Sequence record: OQ031076 | Source: Shigella phage SFP20 | DNA: 39,499 nt | Direction: 5' to 3' (one strand) | Notes under the pieces: model-generated | Told to the model about the DNA's origin: nothing | Databases searched by the model: none | What the model saw: only the letters and a program-made list of their open reading frames with translations | Shown: positions 1-10,700 of the stretch, in pieces | Layout of the letters: every line of letters begins with the position of its first letter | Position numbering within the stretch: the first letter of the stretch is position 1 | Made by a program: the position numbers and the translations under genes

Positions 1-1050
1 ATGGCAAACGTTCCGGGTCAGAAAATTGGTGCAGACCAAGGTAAGGGCAAATCTAGTGCAGACCAGCTCGCACTGTTCCTTAAGGTCTTCGCTGGTGAAG
101 TCCTGACAGCTTTCACTCGCCGCTCTGTTACCGCTGACAAACATATTGTCCGTACCATTCAGAACGGTAAGTCCGCACAGTTCCCGGTAATGGGTCGCAC
201 CTCAGGTGTGTATCTTGCTCCCGGTGAGCGCCTGAGCGATAAGCGCAAGGGTATCAAACACACTGAGAAGGTTATCACCATTGATGGTCTGCTGACCGCT
301 GACGTGATGATTTTCGACATCGAAGACGCTATGAACCACTATGACGTGGCTGGCGAGTATTCCAACCAGCTCGGTGAGGCTCTGGCTATCGCTGCTGATG
401 GCGCGGTACTGGCTGAGATGGCGATTCTGTGTAACCTCCCGGCTGCATCCGATGAGAACATCGCTGGTCTGGGTAAGGCGTCCGTTCTGGAAGTTGGTAC
501 TAAAGCAGACCTGAACACTCCAGCCAAGCTGGGTGAAGCGATCATCGGTCAACTGACCATCGCACGTGCGAAGCTGACCGCCAACTACGTGCCTGCTGGC
601 GACCGCTACTTCTACACCACCCCTGACAACTACTCCGCGATTCTGGCGGCCCTGATGCCTAACGCTGCTAACTACGCTGCGCTGATTGACCCTGAGACGG
701 GCAACATCCGTAACGTAATGGGCTTCGTTGTGGTTGAAGTTCCTCACCTGACTCAGGGCGGTGCTGGGGAAACTCGTGGTGACGATGGCATCTCCATTGC
801 TTCCGGTCAGAAACACGCATTCCCGGCAACCTCCAGCTCTACCGTTAAGGTTGCTCTGGACAACGTTGTGGGCCTGTTCTCTCACCGTTCTGCCGTTGGT
901 ACTGTTAAGCTGCGTGACTTGGCGCTGGAACGTGACCGCGACGTCGATGCTCAGGGCGACCTGATTGTCGGTAAGTACGCTATGGGTCACGGCGGTCTGC
1001 GTCCAGAAGCGGCAGGCGCACTGGTTTTCAAGGCAGCGTCAGCGGGTTAA
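1..1050 (+). CDS. 10A: major capsid protein (gene 10A)
   Basis: 349 aa ORF; strong similarity by eye to T7 gp10A (KLALFLKVF, SAQFPV, KHTEKVITIDGLLTADV, AILAALMPNAANYAALIDPE, HRSAVGTVKLRDLALER, KYAMGHGGLRPEAAGA). The RBS and phi10 promoter lie at the window 3' end (circular permutation). Confidence 0.96.
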   Translation: MANVPGQKIGADQGKGKSSADQLALFLKVFAGEVLTAFTRRSVTADKHIVRTIQNGKSAQFPVMGRTSGVYLAPGERLSDKRKGIKHTEKVITIDGLLTADVMIFDIEDAMNHYDVAGEYSNQLGEALAIAADGAVLAEMAILCNLPAASDENIAGLGKASVLEVGTKADLNTPAKLGEAIIGQLTIARAKLTANYVPAGDRYFYTTPDNYSAILAALMPNAANYAALIDPETGNIRNVMGFVVVEVPHLTQGGAGETRGDDGISIASGQKHAFPATSSSTVKVALDNVVGLFSHRSAVGTVKLRDLALERDRDVDAQGDLIVGKYAMGHGGLRPEAAGALVFKAASAG

Positions 1051-1313
1051 TGACCTTTAAGGCCCTCTCTACAGAGGGTCCTACCTTAGAGACATACAGT
1101 TCTACGGTGGGAACCAGCTTGAAGGTTGACTTCCCTGAGCTTTCAGATGTGACCGATTGGTCGCTGCTTGAGGTGACTACACCTGATGGTGTTAGCTACT
1201 CCCGTAGAACCAACAGTCTCTACTTCAAGGCCACCTCTGGCGTGGAAGGTCTGGTGATTGTTGGGTATGACGGTTCGCCTGTGCGTTCCTTCAACGTATC
1301 TTTCACAAACTAA
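1..1313 (+). CDS. 10B: minor capsid protein 10B, made by -1 ribosomal frameshift near the 3' end of 10A (about 1023-1029, G GTT TTC) into the ORF ending at 1313
   Basis: The -1 frame downstream of GGTTTTC stays open for about 95 codons to the TAA at 1311-1313 (ORF 1050..1313 in the track); same arrangement as the T7 10A/10B frameshift. Confidence 0.6.
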
Positions 1314-1319
1314 TTGAAA

Positions 1320-1355
1320 CCCCTTGGGTGCCTTCGGGTGCTTGAGGGGTTTTTT
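1320..1355 (+). terminator. Tphi-like intrinsic terminator after gene 10
   Basis: CCCCTTGGGTGCC-TTCG-GGTGCTTGAGGGG stem (with G-U pairs) and UUCG tetraloop, followed by TTTTTT; resembles T7 Tphi (AACCCCTTGGGGCCTCTAAACGGGTCTTGAGGGGTTTTTTG). Confidence 0.85.
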
Positions 1356-1370
1356 GCTTAAGGAGGGCCT

Positions 1371-1937
1371 ATGGCTCAATACATTCCACTGAATGCTAAC
1401 GATGACTTGGATGCTGTTAACGATATGCTGGCTGCTATCGGTGAACCAGCAGTCCTCCAGCTCGACGAAGGGAATGCAGATGTCTCGAACGCTCAGCGCA
1501 TCCTGCATCGAGTAAATCGTCAGGTCCAAGCTAAAGGCTGGAACTTTAATATCAACGAGGCCGCTGTCCTCACACCGGATGTCCAAGACCAAAGGATTCG
1601 ATTCTTGCCGTCTTACCTCCGTGTCATGACTGCTGGTGCTACCAGCTACTACAGTAACATGGGCGGCTATCTCTATGACCTCAGCACTCAGTCGACAACC
1701 TTCACTGGACCGATTACCGTAGAGCTGGTTGAGATGAAGCCGTTCTCTGAGATGCCTGTGGTCTTCAGGGACTACATCGTGACCAAGGCCAGCCGAGAGT
1801 TCAACGCTAAGTTCTTCGGCAGCCCTGAGTCTGAAGCCTATCTGCGCGAGCAGGAAGCTGAGCTGTACCAGCAGGTGATGGAGTATGAGATGGACACCGG
1901 GCGCTACAACATGATGTCTGACATCGGTCGAGACTAA
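1371..1937 (+). CDS. 11: tail tubular protein A (gp11)
   Basis: 188 aa; position after gene 10 and motifs shared with T7 gp11 (AVNDMLAAIGEP, RQVQAKGWNFN, IVTKASREFNAKFFG, MEYEMD). RBS AAGGAGG upstream. Confidence 0.92.
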   Translation: MAQYIPLNANDDLDAVNDMLAAIGEPAVLQLDEGNADVSNAQRILHRVNRQVQAKGWNFNINEAAVLTPDVQDQRIRFLPSYLRVMTAGATSYYSNMGGYLYDLSTQSTTFTGPITVELVEMKPFSEMPVVFRDYIVTKASREFNAKFFGSPESEAYLREQEAELYQQVMEYEMDTGRYNMMSDIGRD

Positions 1938-1948
1938 TAGGAGGTGAT

Positions 1949-4318
1949 ATGCCACTTTACACACAATCAATCAAGAACCTGAAGGGTGGCATTAGCCAAC
2001 AGCCGGACATCCTGAGGTTCTCTGACCAAGGTGAACAGCAGATTAACGGCTGGTCATCCGAAAGTGATGGGCTTCAGAAGCGACCGCCGACCGTCTGGAA
2101 GAAGAGACTTTCAGCCGTGAACTGGGTCATCCCGAACAACGCTAAGTTCCACCTGATTAACCGCGATGAGAACGAGCAGTATTACATCGTACTCACCGGA
2201 AAGGAAATCATGGTCTTTGACCTTGAGGGGAACCAGTACGCTGTTTCAGGTGTAACGGACTACGTGAACACTTCCAAGCCACGTGACGACATCCGGGTCA
2301 TTACAGTAGCTGACTACACGTTCGTAGTGAATCGGCGCACTGTGGTGGCTCAGGGGACAAATAAGGCAAACCCTACTTACAACATGAAGAACCGCGCTTT
2401 GATTAACCTTCGTGGTGGTCAGTACGGTAGATTGCTGAAGGTAGGAATTAATGGCGGTACAAAGGTTGAGCACCAGCTTCCTCCGGGAGATAACGCCAAA
2501 GATGACCCACCTAAAGTCGACGCTCAGGCTATCGGTAAGGCGTTGGTGGACCTGCTTGTCGTGGCCTATCCGAACTACACGTTCACCCTTGGGTCTGGCT
2601 ACATCGAGATTAAAGCCCCAGCAGGGACCAACATCAACTCGGTGGAGACTGAGGATGGCTATGCCAACCAGCTAATCAATGCGGTACTTGATACTGTGCA
2701 GACTATCAGTAAGCTACCTCTGGCAGCACCTGAAGGCTACATCATCCGTATTCAGGGTGAGACCAACAGCTCAGCCGATGAGTATTTCGTGAAGTATGAC
2801 TCCGCGAAGAAGACTTGGCGCGAGACTGTGGAGCCGGGGACCGTAACTGGTTTCGATGCGTCGACCATGCCGCACGCTCTGGTCAGACAGGCCGATGGGA
2901 ACTTTACGTTCCAGACTCTCGATTGGTCTGAGCGGGGAGCAGGGAATGATGAAACCAACCCGATGCCGAGCTTCGTGAACTCCACGATTAACGATGTGTT
3001 CTTCTATCGTAACCGCTTAGGGTTCCTCTCTGGCGAGAACGTCATTATGTCCCGGTCGGCTGGCTACTTTGCGTTCTTCCCTAAAAGCGTGGCGACCCTC
3101 AGTGATGACGACCCGATTGATGTGGCTGTGAGTCACCCTCGAATCTCCATCCTGAAGTATGCCGTGCCGTTCGCTGAACAGCTCCTGCTGTGGTCTGATG
3201 AGGTACAGTTCGTGATGACCAGCTCTGGGGTCCTGACCGCCAAGTCCATTCAGCTTGACGTAGGCTCTGAGTTCGCTGTGAGTGATAACGCTCGACCGTT
3301 CGCTATCGGACGCTCAGTCTTCTTCGCGGCTCCTCGCGGCTCGTTCACCAGCATTAACCGTTACTTTGCGGTGGCCGACGTGACTGACGTGAAGGACGCA
3401 GACGATACGACCGGGCATGTGCTGTCCTACATTCCTAACGGAGTGTTCGACATCCAAGGGTCCTCGACTGAGAACTTCATCACGGTGTCGACTGAAGGTG
3501 CTCCGAACAAGCTGTTCATCTACAAGTTCCTCTTCAAGGATGGCGTACAGCTTCAAGCCTCGTGGTCACACTGGGAGCTGGAGCAGGGCGAGCAGATTAT
3601 GGCCTCAGCCTGTATCGGGTCCGCTATGTACATCGTGCGTAAGCATGGCTATGGCGTGGACTTGGAGAAGCTGGAGTTCATCAAGGAGACTGTGGACATC
3701 GCTGGCGAACCGTACCGTCTACACCTTGATGGCAAAACAACTATGGTCATCCCGACTAACGCATTCAACCCTAACACATACACATCATCCTTCGACGTTG
3801 GTGCGGCTTACGGTGGAGTTTTCCCACCAGCAGGGAAGTACGTCATGGTCGACTCAAGTGGGCGCTTCGTGCAACTGCCGGACACCGTATGGTCCAACAC
3901 TCGGTGGGTGACTGTGAAGGGAGATTGGTCAGGCAAGACAGTGTTCCTCGGTCGCGTCTACAAGTTCACCTACGCCTTCTCTCGGTTCCTCATCAAGTAT
4001 GAAGACCAGAATGGGACGGTAACGGAAGACTCCGGTCGACTACAGCTTCGCCGCGCTTGGGTGAACTATCAGCGTACTGGCGCTCTGGTGATGCGTGTCG
4101 TAAACCAACAGCGTGAGTTTCTGAACACCCTGAACGGCTACAAGCTGGGACTACAGGACATCGGTCAGGTCAATATTGGTGATGGTCAGTTCCGGTTCCC
4201 AATGAACGGTGACGCTCTGCACACTCGGTTAATCCTTGAGTCAGACTATCCGACTCCATTGTCCATCGTTGGTTGCGGCTGGGAGGCTTCATACGCCCGT
4301 AAAGCCAAAGCTATCTAA
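1949..4318 (+). CDS. 12: tail tubular protein B (gp12)
   Basis: 789 aa, size and position match T7 gp12 (794 aa); RBS TAGGAGGTG upstream. Confidence 0.9.
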   Translation: MPLYTQSIKNLKGGISQQPDILRFSDQGEQQINGWSSESDGLQKRPPTVWKKRLSAVNWVIPNNAKFHLINRDENEQYYIVLTGKEIMVFDLEGNQYAVSGVTDYVNTSKPRDDIRVITVADYTFVVNRRTVVAQGTNKANPTYNMKNRALINLRGGQYGRLLKVGINGGTKVEHQLPPGDNAKDDPPKVDAQAIGKALVDLLVVAYPNYTFTLGSGYIEIKAPAGTNINSVETEDGYANQLINAVLDTVQTISKLPLAAPEGYIIRIQGETNSSADEYFVKYDSAKKTWRETVEPGTVTGFDASTMPHALVRQADGNFTFQTLDWSERGAGNDETNPMPSFVNSTINDVFFYRNRLGFLSGENVIMSRSAGYFAFFPKSVATLSDDDPIDVAVSHPRISILKYAVPFAEQLLLWSDEVQFVMTSSGVLTAKSIQLDVGSEFAVSDNARPFAIGRSVFFAAPRGSFTSINRYFAVADVTDVKDADDTTGHVLSYIPNGVFDIQGSSTENFITVSTEGAPNKLFIYKFLFKDGVQLQASWSHWELEQGEQIMASACIGSAMYIVRKHGYGVDLEKLEFIKETVDIAGEPYRLHLDGKTTMVIPTNAFNPNTYTSSFDVGAAYGGVFPPAGKYVMVDSSGRFVQLPDTVWSNTRWVTVKGDWSGKTVFLGRVYKFTYAFSRFLIKYEDQNGTVTEDSGRLQLRRAWVNYQRTGALVMRVVNQQREFLNTLNGYKLGLQDIGQVNIGDGQFRFPMNGDALHTRLILESDYPTPLSIVGCGWEASYARKAKAI

Positions 4319-4342
4319 CTCATTGAATGGCCTATAGAAACT

Positions 4343-4365
4343 ATTACACCCTCACTATAGGGACT
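4343..4365 (+). promoter_or_regulatory. phage RNAP promoter (phi13 position), ATTACACCCTCACTATAGGGACT, +1 about 4360
   Basis: Match to the repeated 23-bp CCCTCACTATAGG promoter family found 12 times in the window. Confidence 0.8.
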
Positions 4366-4393
4366 ATAGGCCCTTTAAGTTATAGGAGACTTT

Positions 4394-4864
4394 ATGTATA
4401 TTCGTAAGGCTACTGAACCTGATGTCCACTACTTATTGTGGCATCTCTCACAAGATGACGTTAAAGAGTGCCGAGCAAACTTCGGGTCGACTAAAGGTCT
4501 GACTGATAGAATGCTTAGCCACCTCACTCCGTCATCTGTGGTTTTGACGAATGGTGTAGGCGAAGTGTTTGCCTATGGTGGGAACCAAGGTGATAACGTG
4601 TGGTTCCTGACTTCAAGTCTTGTCGAAAGGTTAAGACCGAAAGACAAGCGGGAGTTTATTCAGCGTATCTCTGAGTACAGGGACTTAATGTTAGACCAAT
4701 ACGGGACCATCTGGAACTACGTGTGGTCAGGCAATAAGTCTCACATTAGATTCTTGCGGTTGCTGGGCGCTAAGTTTCACCCTGAGGTGACTATCAGTCC
4801 GGTAACAGGTGAGCGTTTTCAATTATTCACAATCTCTAAGGAGGACGTATGTGCGAACCCGTAA
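4394..4864 (+). CDS. 13: internal virion protein A (gp13 position)
   Basis: 156 aa ORF with RBS TAGGAGAC between gene 12 and gene 14; assignment by synteny only. Confidence 0.65.
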   Translation: MYIRKATEPDVHYLLWHLSQDDVKECRANFGSTKGLTDRMLSHLTPSSVVLTNGVGEVFAYGGNQGDNVWFLTSSLVERLRPKDKREFIQRISEYRDLMLDQYGTIWNYVWSGNKSHIRFLRLLGAKFHPEVTISPVTGERFQLFTISKEDVCANP

Positions 4865-5436
4865 GTATCGGCATGGGTATCATGGCTGTAGCCGGGGCCA
4901 CTATGTCCGCATCCCAACAGGCAAAGGCTGAGGGTGCTGCTATTGACGCTCAGAACCGACAGGCTCAGGAGATGATTAAGCAGATGAACTACTCTGACGC
5001 CAACCTGAGGATGCAGGAGCGAGACCTTAAGGAACAGCAGGTCGCTGAACTGACCGAGACGACTCTGAACGGTATTCGTAATCAGGGCATGGTCCGTGCA
5101 GCAGTGGCTGAGTCTGGTCTGGAAGGTAACGCCATGAACCGCATTGAGCGCTCAGTGGAAGGCGACACCGTGAAGGAACGTGCTGGCATCACCGAAAGCT
5201 ACAACCGCGACTATGCGGCTATCTTCGGGAACCGTATTGCCAACATTGAGAACACCAAGTCTGCCATCAAGGGTCAGGCTAAAATCATCAAGACCAGCCC
5301 TCTGGCTCACGCACTTAACGTCACATCTGCTGGTATGCAGGGCTACATGGCTGGCGAGTCTCTCGCTGGGTCCAAGCCGTCAGGCGGTGCAGCTCCAATT
5401 AGTGCCGCTAAAGGCACACCTACAGGTCATAGCTAA
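4849..5436 (+). CDS. 14: internal virion protein B (gp14)
   Basis: 195 aa; begins MC like T7 gp14, similar length (196 aa), Ala/Gln-rich; RBS TAAGGAGG. Confidence 0.85.
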   Translation: MCEPVSIGMGIMAVAGATMSASQQAKAEGAAIDAQNRQAQEMIKQMNYSDANLRMQERDLKEQQVAELTETTLNGIRNQGMVRAAVAESGLEGNAMNRIERSVEGDTVKERAGITESYNRDYAAIFGNRIANIENTKSAIKGQAKIIKTSPLAHALNVTSAGMQGYMAGESLAGSKPSGGAAPISAAKGTPTGHS

Positions 5437-5447
5437 CAGGAGGACCA

Positions 5448-7730
5448 ATGGCTAGTAATATCGAATCAGCTTTAGCTAACCGGACTATGGGCCGTGGTCG
5501 CGCTCCGGGCAAAGCTATCAGTGTAGACTATCAAGCGGCTAACGTTCAGGGGCAGACTGGGGACTCCGGTCTTGCCCGTGCGTTCACCAACTTCGTGGAG
5601 TCCGGCACTGGCCTGTACAAGCAGTTTCAAGAGAAGGCCAAGAACCTTGGGGATGAGCGGTCTAACGAGATTATCCGTAAGCTGACTCCCCAGCAACGGC
5701 GTGAGGCCATCCAGAATGGGACCCTTCTGTATCAGGACGACCCATACGCAATGGAGGCACTGAAGGTCAAGACTGGACGAAACGCTGCCTATGCGGTAGA
5801 CGATGAGATTAACGTCAAGATTCAGAACGGCGAGTTCCGCACCCGTCAGGATATGGAGGAGTATCGCCACCAGCGACTTCAGGATGCCGCTAAGTCCTAC
5901 GCTGATGAGGCTGGTATTAATCCTAATGATGAGCACTTCCAGCGTGGATTTAACGCAGACATCACGGACCGTAACGTAGCCATCTATGGGTCGTTCAATA
6001 AGTATTTCTCTAAGCAGTCCGAGAATACTGCTATGCTGAACACCCGTGTAGAGCTGAACTCGTTCCTGAATGATGGGGACCTGATGCGCTCACCTGAGGC
6101 AGGCAAGTCTTTCATGGCGTACCTTCGCGATGGGCTGACAACTGCCGCCATTCCGTCTGACCAGAGAGCGACTGAAGTTATCTCCCAGACGGTTCGTGAC
6201 GCAATCCAGAAGTCTGGCGGGGCCAACTTCCTACAGCAGATTCGACAAGAGCGCATCACCCTTAACGGAGTGGACGCCACAGTCGAGGAGATTGTCGGGC
6301 CGGAGGTCTTCAACGCCGCTCTGATTGAGGCCCAAGGAACCGAGTACAAGCTGGTGGCTAAGTATCAGGAAGACCTAGCGTTGGGAGTCCAGTCTGCCCT
6401 GCTTCAGGATGACCCGACTATTGGTCTGGCTCAAATCCAGAAACTCAAGGCTCAGAACAACCAGCTCCAGCCGGGTGAGGAGATGACACCACAACGTCAG
6501 ATGCTCATCAATGCTGAGGCCAGCCTCTTAGAGACCGTGAAGCGCAAGTCCGCTGAGCAGGCCAAGGAGAACGTTAAGCTCATCCAGACGCAGAACAAGC
6601 AACTGGTCATCGACCAAGTGTATCAGAGACGACTGGCTGGGGACAACGTGTCCACCAACTATGAGGACCTTCCGGTATCTGAGGCCACTGGTGAGTTCAA
6701 GCGTTCGGACATGAACAACTACGCTATGGGTAAACTCCAGCAGATTGACCAGATGGACATCCCGCAAGCTGCGAAGGATGCTCAGAAGGTGGCACTGCTG
6801 CGGGCTGACACCAACAATGGACCGTTCCGTAATGCCTTCCAGACGCTGACTCAGGATGCTGCTGGTGAGTGGCAGGCTGCGGTAATCCGTGGTCAATACG
6901 ACCCGGACAAGATGCAGCGCTTCGAGGCCCTGCGTAAGGTCTACACTCAGGACCCTTCCAGCTTCGCGGCTCTATACCCTGACCAAGCCCAATTGTTCAC
7001 GACTTTCGAGCAGATGGACAAGATGGGTCTGGACCCTCAGACGATGATTGATGCTGACAAACAGGCTGCAAGCCAGTCCCGTGAGATGCGCATTGAGTCT
7101 GACAAGGCGTGGCAAGAGCTGAAGAACGACTCGAAGAACAAGGACCTCTCGCGGCTCCCGACGAGTCTTGACGCAAGCGCTCGTAAGGTCTGGGACTCAT
7201 GGTATTACCGCACAGGTAACGCCGATGCAGCTACCCAGAACACTCAGAAGTGGCTGAACGAGAACACCGTGACTTTCAGTGATGATGGTCAGGACGGTAA
7301 GTCAATCGGCATGGTGTCCAAGCACCAGCTTATGGTAGGGGATAACCCTGAGTCTTGGCAGGTTGGTCGAGACATTATCGACACAGCCCGCAAGCAGCTC
7401 ATCAAGACTAACCCTTGGGTCGTGAACTCTCAGCTCTCTGTAGTTGAGCAGAACGGCTCGGTCTTCCTGCAAGACGCCACTGGGACCATTCGTATTCGCT
7501 ACGATAAGGAACTGGTTGGTAAACTGTACCGTGAACAGCAGAAACAAGCCGAGGATAAAGCCTACGCTGAAGCTGAACGTAAAGCCAACACCCGCGCTCG
7601 CATTGTCGAGACTAAAGCGGCTGGCGATAAGCGTCGGGCCGAACGTGAAGGTAATATCCAGAAACGCGGTGGTCTGTACAGTGATGTCTCGCTGGAGGGT
7701 ATCGCAAACACCTTAATCGGTAAGGAGTAA
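5448..7730 (+). CDS. 15: internal virion (core) protein C (gp15)
   Basis: 760 aa vs T7 gp15 747 aa; synteny; RBS AGGAGG. Confidence 0.88.
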   Translation: MASNIESALANRTMGRGRAPGKAISVDYQAANVQGQTGDSGLARAFTNFVESGTGLYKQFQEKAKNLGDERSNEIIRKLTPQQRREAIQNGTLLYQDDPYAMEALKVKTGRNAAYAVDDEINVKIQNGEFRTRQDMEEYRHQRLQDAAKSYADEAGINPNDEHFQRGFNADITDRNVAIYGSFNKYFSKQSENTAMLNTRVELNSFLNDGDLMRSPEAGKSFMAYLRDGLTTAAIPSDQRATEVISQTVRDAIQKSGGANFLQQIRQERITLNGVDATVEEIVGPEVFNAALIEAQGTEYKLVAKYQEDLALGVQSALLQDDPTIGLAQIQKLKAQNNQLQPGEEMTPQRQMLINAEASLLETVKRKSAEQAKENVKLIQTQNKQLVIDQVYQRRLAGDNVSTNYEDLPVSEATGEFKRSDMNNYAMGKLQQIDQMDIPQAAKDAQKVALLRADTNNGPFRNAFQTLTQDAAGEWQAAVIRGQYDPDKMQRFEALRKVYTQDPSSFAALYPDQAQLFTTFEQMDKMGLDPQTMIDADKQAASQSREMRIESDKAWQELKNDSKNKDLSRLPTSLDASARKVWDSWYYRTGNADAATQNTQKWLNENTVTFSDDGQDGKSIGMVSKHQLMVGDNPESWQVGRDIIDTARKQLIKTNPWVVNSQLSVVEQNGSVFLQDATGTIRIRYDKELVGKLYREQQKQAEDKAYAEAERKANTRARIVETKAAGDKRRAEREGNIQKRGGLYSDVSLEGIANTLIGKE

Positions 7731-7735
7731 TAACA

Positions 7736-10700
7736 ATGGCGACTCGTGGTATTCGCAACAATAACATCGGGAACATTCGTGTTTCCAAAGACCAGTGGGA
7801 AGGAGCTACAGGAGACGATGGGTCTTTCGTAACGTTCGACACTCCTGACTCTGGCGTCCGCGCTCTGGCGAAGAACCTGATGTCCTACGGTCGCCAAGGC
7901 TACGACTCAATCGAGAAGATTATCAACCGATGGGCACCACCTAGCGAGAACGACACTCAGTCTTACATCGACTCTGTGGTGGCTGCTACTGGCATCCCGG
8001 CGACCCAAAGTATCGACCTGACGAACCCTGATGTCCTCGCCTCTCTGTCTGAGGCTATCGGCTACCACGAGACTGGTTCCCGGTATGACCCTGAGGTCTA
8101 CAAGCTCGGAGTCTCTCGCGCCTTAAGTGGTGCGGGAGGCATCGCCCCAAAGACTCCACCAGTAAGCGCTAACGTCTTCGACGCTCTCACGGAGGGCTTG
8201 AAGGCTAAACCTAAAGTCGCTCTTGGAGAGAACCTTCCGGGCGTTACTGGTATGAACATCGAAGGTCAGGAACCTGAGGCTCCTAACGAGTCTTTCGGAG
8301 AGATGTTCTATAAGTCAACTGGCGAGACGCTGGACCAAAGAGCTGACCGCTCTACATGGTTCGGCTTCGGTGGAGCTGCTGAGGCTGAAGTGAAGAACTC
8401 TCTGGTTGGCGTGGCTGTCCGCGCTGGTCAGACTGAGGACTCACTCGATGTCATTGGCGATGTGTTTAACCCTACCCGCTGGAATAACCACAAGTGGTCC
8501 CGCGAGGAGTTAGACCAGATTCGTAACGCTGGGGTACTCCCTCAGTATTACGGAGTCATCACTGGTGGTTCGCCTCAGAATCTGACCGAGCTGATTAACT
8601 TGGCGCTGGAGAACCAGAAGTTAGACGCTGAGAAGGCTAAGGCCGGGACTGGCGCTCAACTGGCGGCTGGTGTGATTGGTGCTGGCGTGGACCCACTGAC
8701 CTATGTTCCTATTGCCGGACAGGTAGGTAAAGGCGGGAAGCTGGTCAACAAGATGTTCACCGTGGCTGCTCAGTCTGGTGCGTTGGCTGGCGCGTCTGAG
8801 ATTGCTCGTACCTCTGTTGCTGGTGGTGATGCTCACGTTGCCGAGGCAATTATGGGCGGTGCTCTCTTCGGTGGTGGCATGACTGCTATCGGGGACGCTC
8901 TTGGCAAGGTTCTTGGAAAGTCGACCAATGAGTTCGCTGGTCCAGCTACACGTCTTGAGGCACGTGAGACTGCTCGCAACGTTGATGGTCAGGACCTGTC
9001 GCGTCTGCCAATCCGTGAAGGAGAGGAGACCTTCAGTCACCAAGGCGTTAAGTTTGCTGACGTTCCTAACGAGCCGGGAAGTGTGCGACTGGAAGATGGT
9101 TCAATCCTGATTGGCGAGAACCCGCTGAACCCTAAGACACGTCAAGTCTTCGACGAGGTGATTGAGCCTGAACGTGCTGCTGCTGGTGTAAACCTTGGTG
9201 GACTTACCGAGATTGGCTTGAAGCTCTTGAGGTCTGAGAACCCTGAGATTCGCGGACTTGCCGCTGACTTGGTGCGTTCCCCTACAGGTATGCAGTCAGG
9301 TGCGAGCGGGAAGATTGGGACTACAGCGTCAGACGTGTTCGAGCGACTTCGTGCAGTGGACCATCGGTTCTACAACGACATCGACGATGCGGTGACTGAG
9401 GCCCTGAAGGACCCGTACTTCCAGACCAACTTCAACCGTGACACTGGTGCTTTCCGTCAGGACATCTACCAGCGTGTAGCTCTGGCTATCGAGGACGGAA
9501 GTGGGAACCTGAAGTCTGAGCTGACTCCGGGCGAACTGAAGGTCTATGACCTCCTGAAGAACCAGTTTGACGCTAAGCGTGAGATGATGGAGAACCCGGC
9601 GATGTTCGGTCGAGTGGACGCTCAGTCTATCTTCCCCGGTAGCCGCTTCAAGGGGACCTACGTTCCTCATGTTTACAGCAACCAAATGAAGGAACTGTTC
9701 ATCAAGGAGCTGGGAAGCCCTGAGGCGCTACAGGAGGCCATCAAGAAGTCATGGCTCACGAGCTATGCGTCAAGACCTGAGGTCAAAGCGCGGGTGGATG
9801 AGGCCCTGATGGAAGCTGACCCTAATCTGACCCCAGAAGGACTTGCGGCTGCGGTCGATAAGTATGCCAACGATAAGGCTTACGGTATCTCACACACCGA
9901 CATGTTTGAGCGCTCATCCGTCATGGAAGAGAACATCAACGGCCTAGTGGGTCTGGAGAACAACAACTTCCTTGAGGCCCGTAACCTGTTCGATAGTGAT
10001 ATGTCTATCATCCTGCCTAATGGTCAGCCGTTCAACGTGAACAGCCTCCGTGAGTGGGATATGGACAAGATTGTCCCGGCGTACAACCGTCGAGTCAATG
10101 GTGATATTGCTATCATGGCTGGGACCGGGAAGACCACGAAGGAAGTGAAGGATGCAGTAGAGACCATGATGAACCGTGCTGGCGATGATGGGAAGTTGAA
10201 GGCTGAAGTCTCGACCCTGCGTGACACCCTGAAGATTCTGACTGGTCGTGCTCGCCGGGACGGTGCTGACGATGCTGCTTTCTCTACCGTGATGCGGACC
10301 ATGACCGACCTGTCCTTCTTCGCCAAGAATGCCTACATGGGCGTACAGAACTTGACAGAGATTGGTGGGATGCTGGCTCGTGGTAATGTACGTGCAATGC
10401 TGCATGGTATTCCGATGTTCCGTGACCTAGCCTTCCGTAACAAGAAGATGGGTGCATCGGAGATTAAGGACCTGCACAACGTGGTCTTCGGTAAGGAGCT
10501 TGACGACTCCATCCGTCCGTCCAAACAGGATGTCATCGACCGTCTGCGAGCTTACAGTGACCTGAGTAAACCTGTGGCTACTGCTTTGGGTTCCGCCAAG
10601 TATTACACTGGCGAGCTTGCAGTACGCTCCCCGTTTACGAAAGTCCTGAACGGGACGACGAACTATCTGCTGGATGCTGGGCGTCAGGGCTTCTTGTCTG

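Noticed and set aside
202-990. Long minus-strand ORFs antisense to capsid and tail genes (202..990, 1143..1970; likewise 31613..32272 and 38498..39073)
   Set aside because: Each lies antisense to a strongly conserved + strand gene with a clear T7 homologue; T7-like phages transcribe one strand only, and these ORFs have no RBS or homologue. Treated as frame artefacts.
3417-3911. 164-aa + strand ORF inside gene 12 in another frame (also 5180..5455 within gene 14 and 30669..31022 across the gene 4 end)
   Set aside because: Fully overlapped by conserved structural or replication genes; Ser/Arg/Cys/Trp-rich composition typical of out-of-frame translation.
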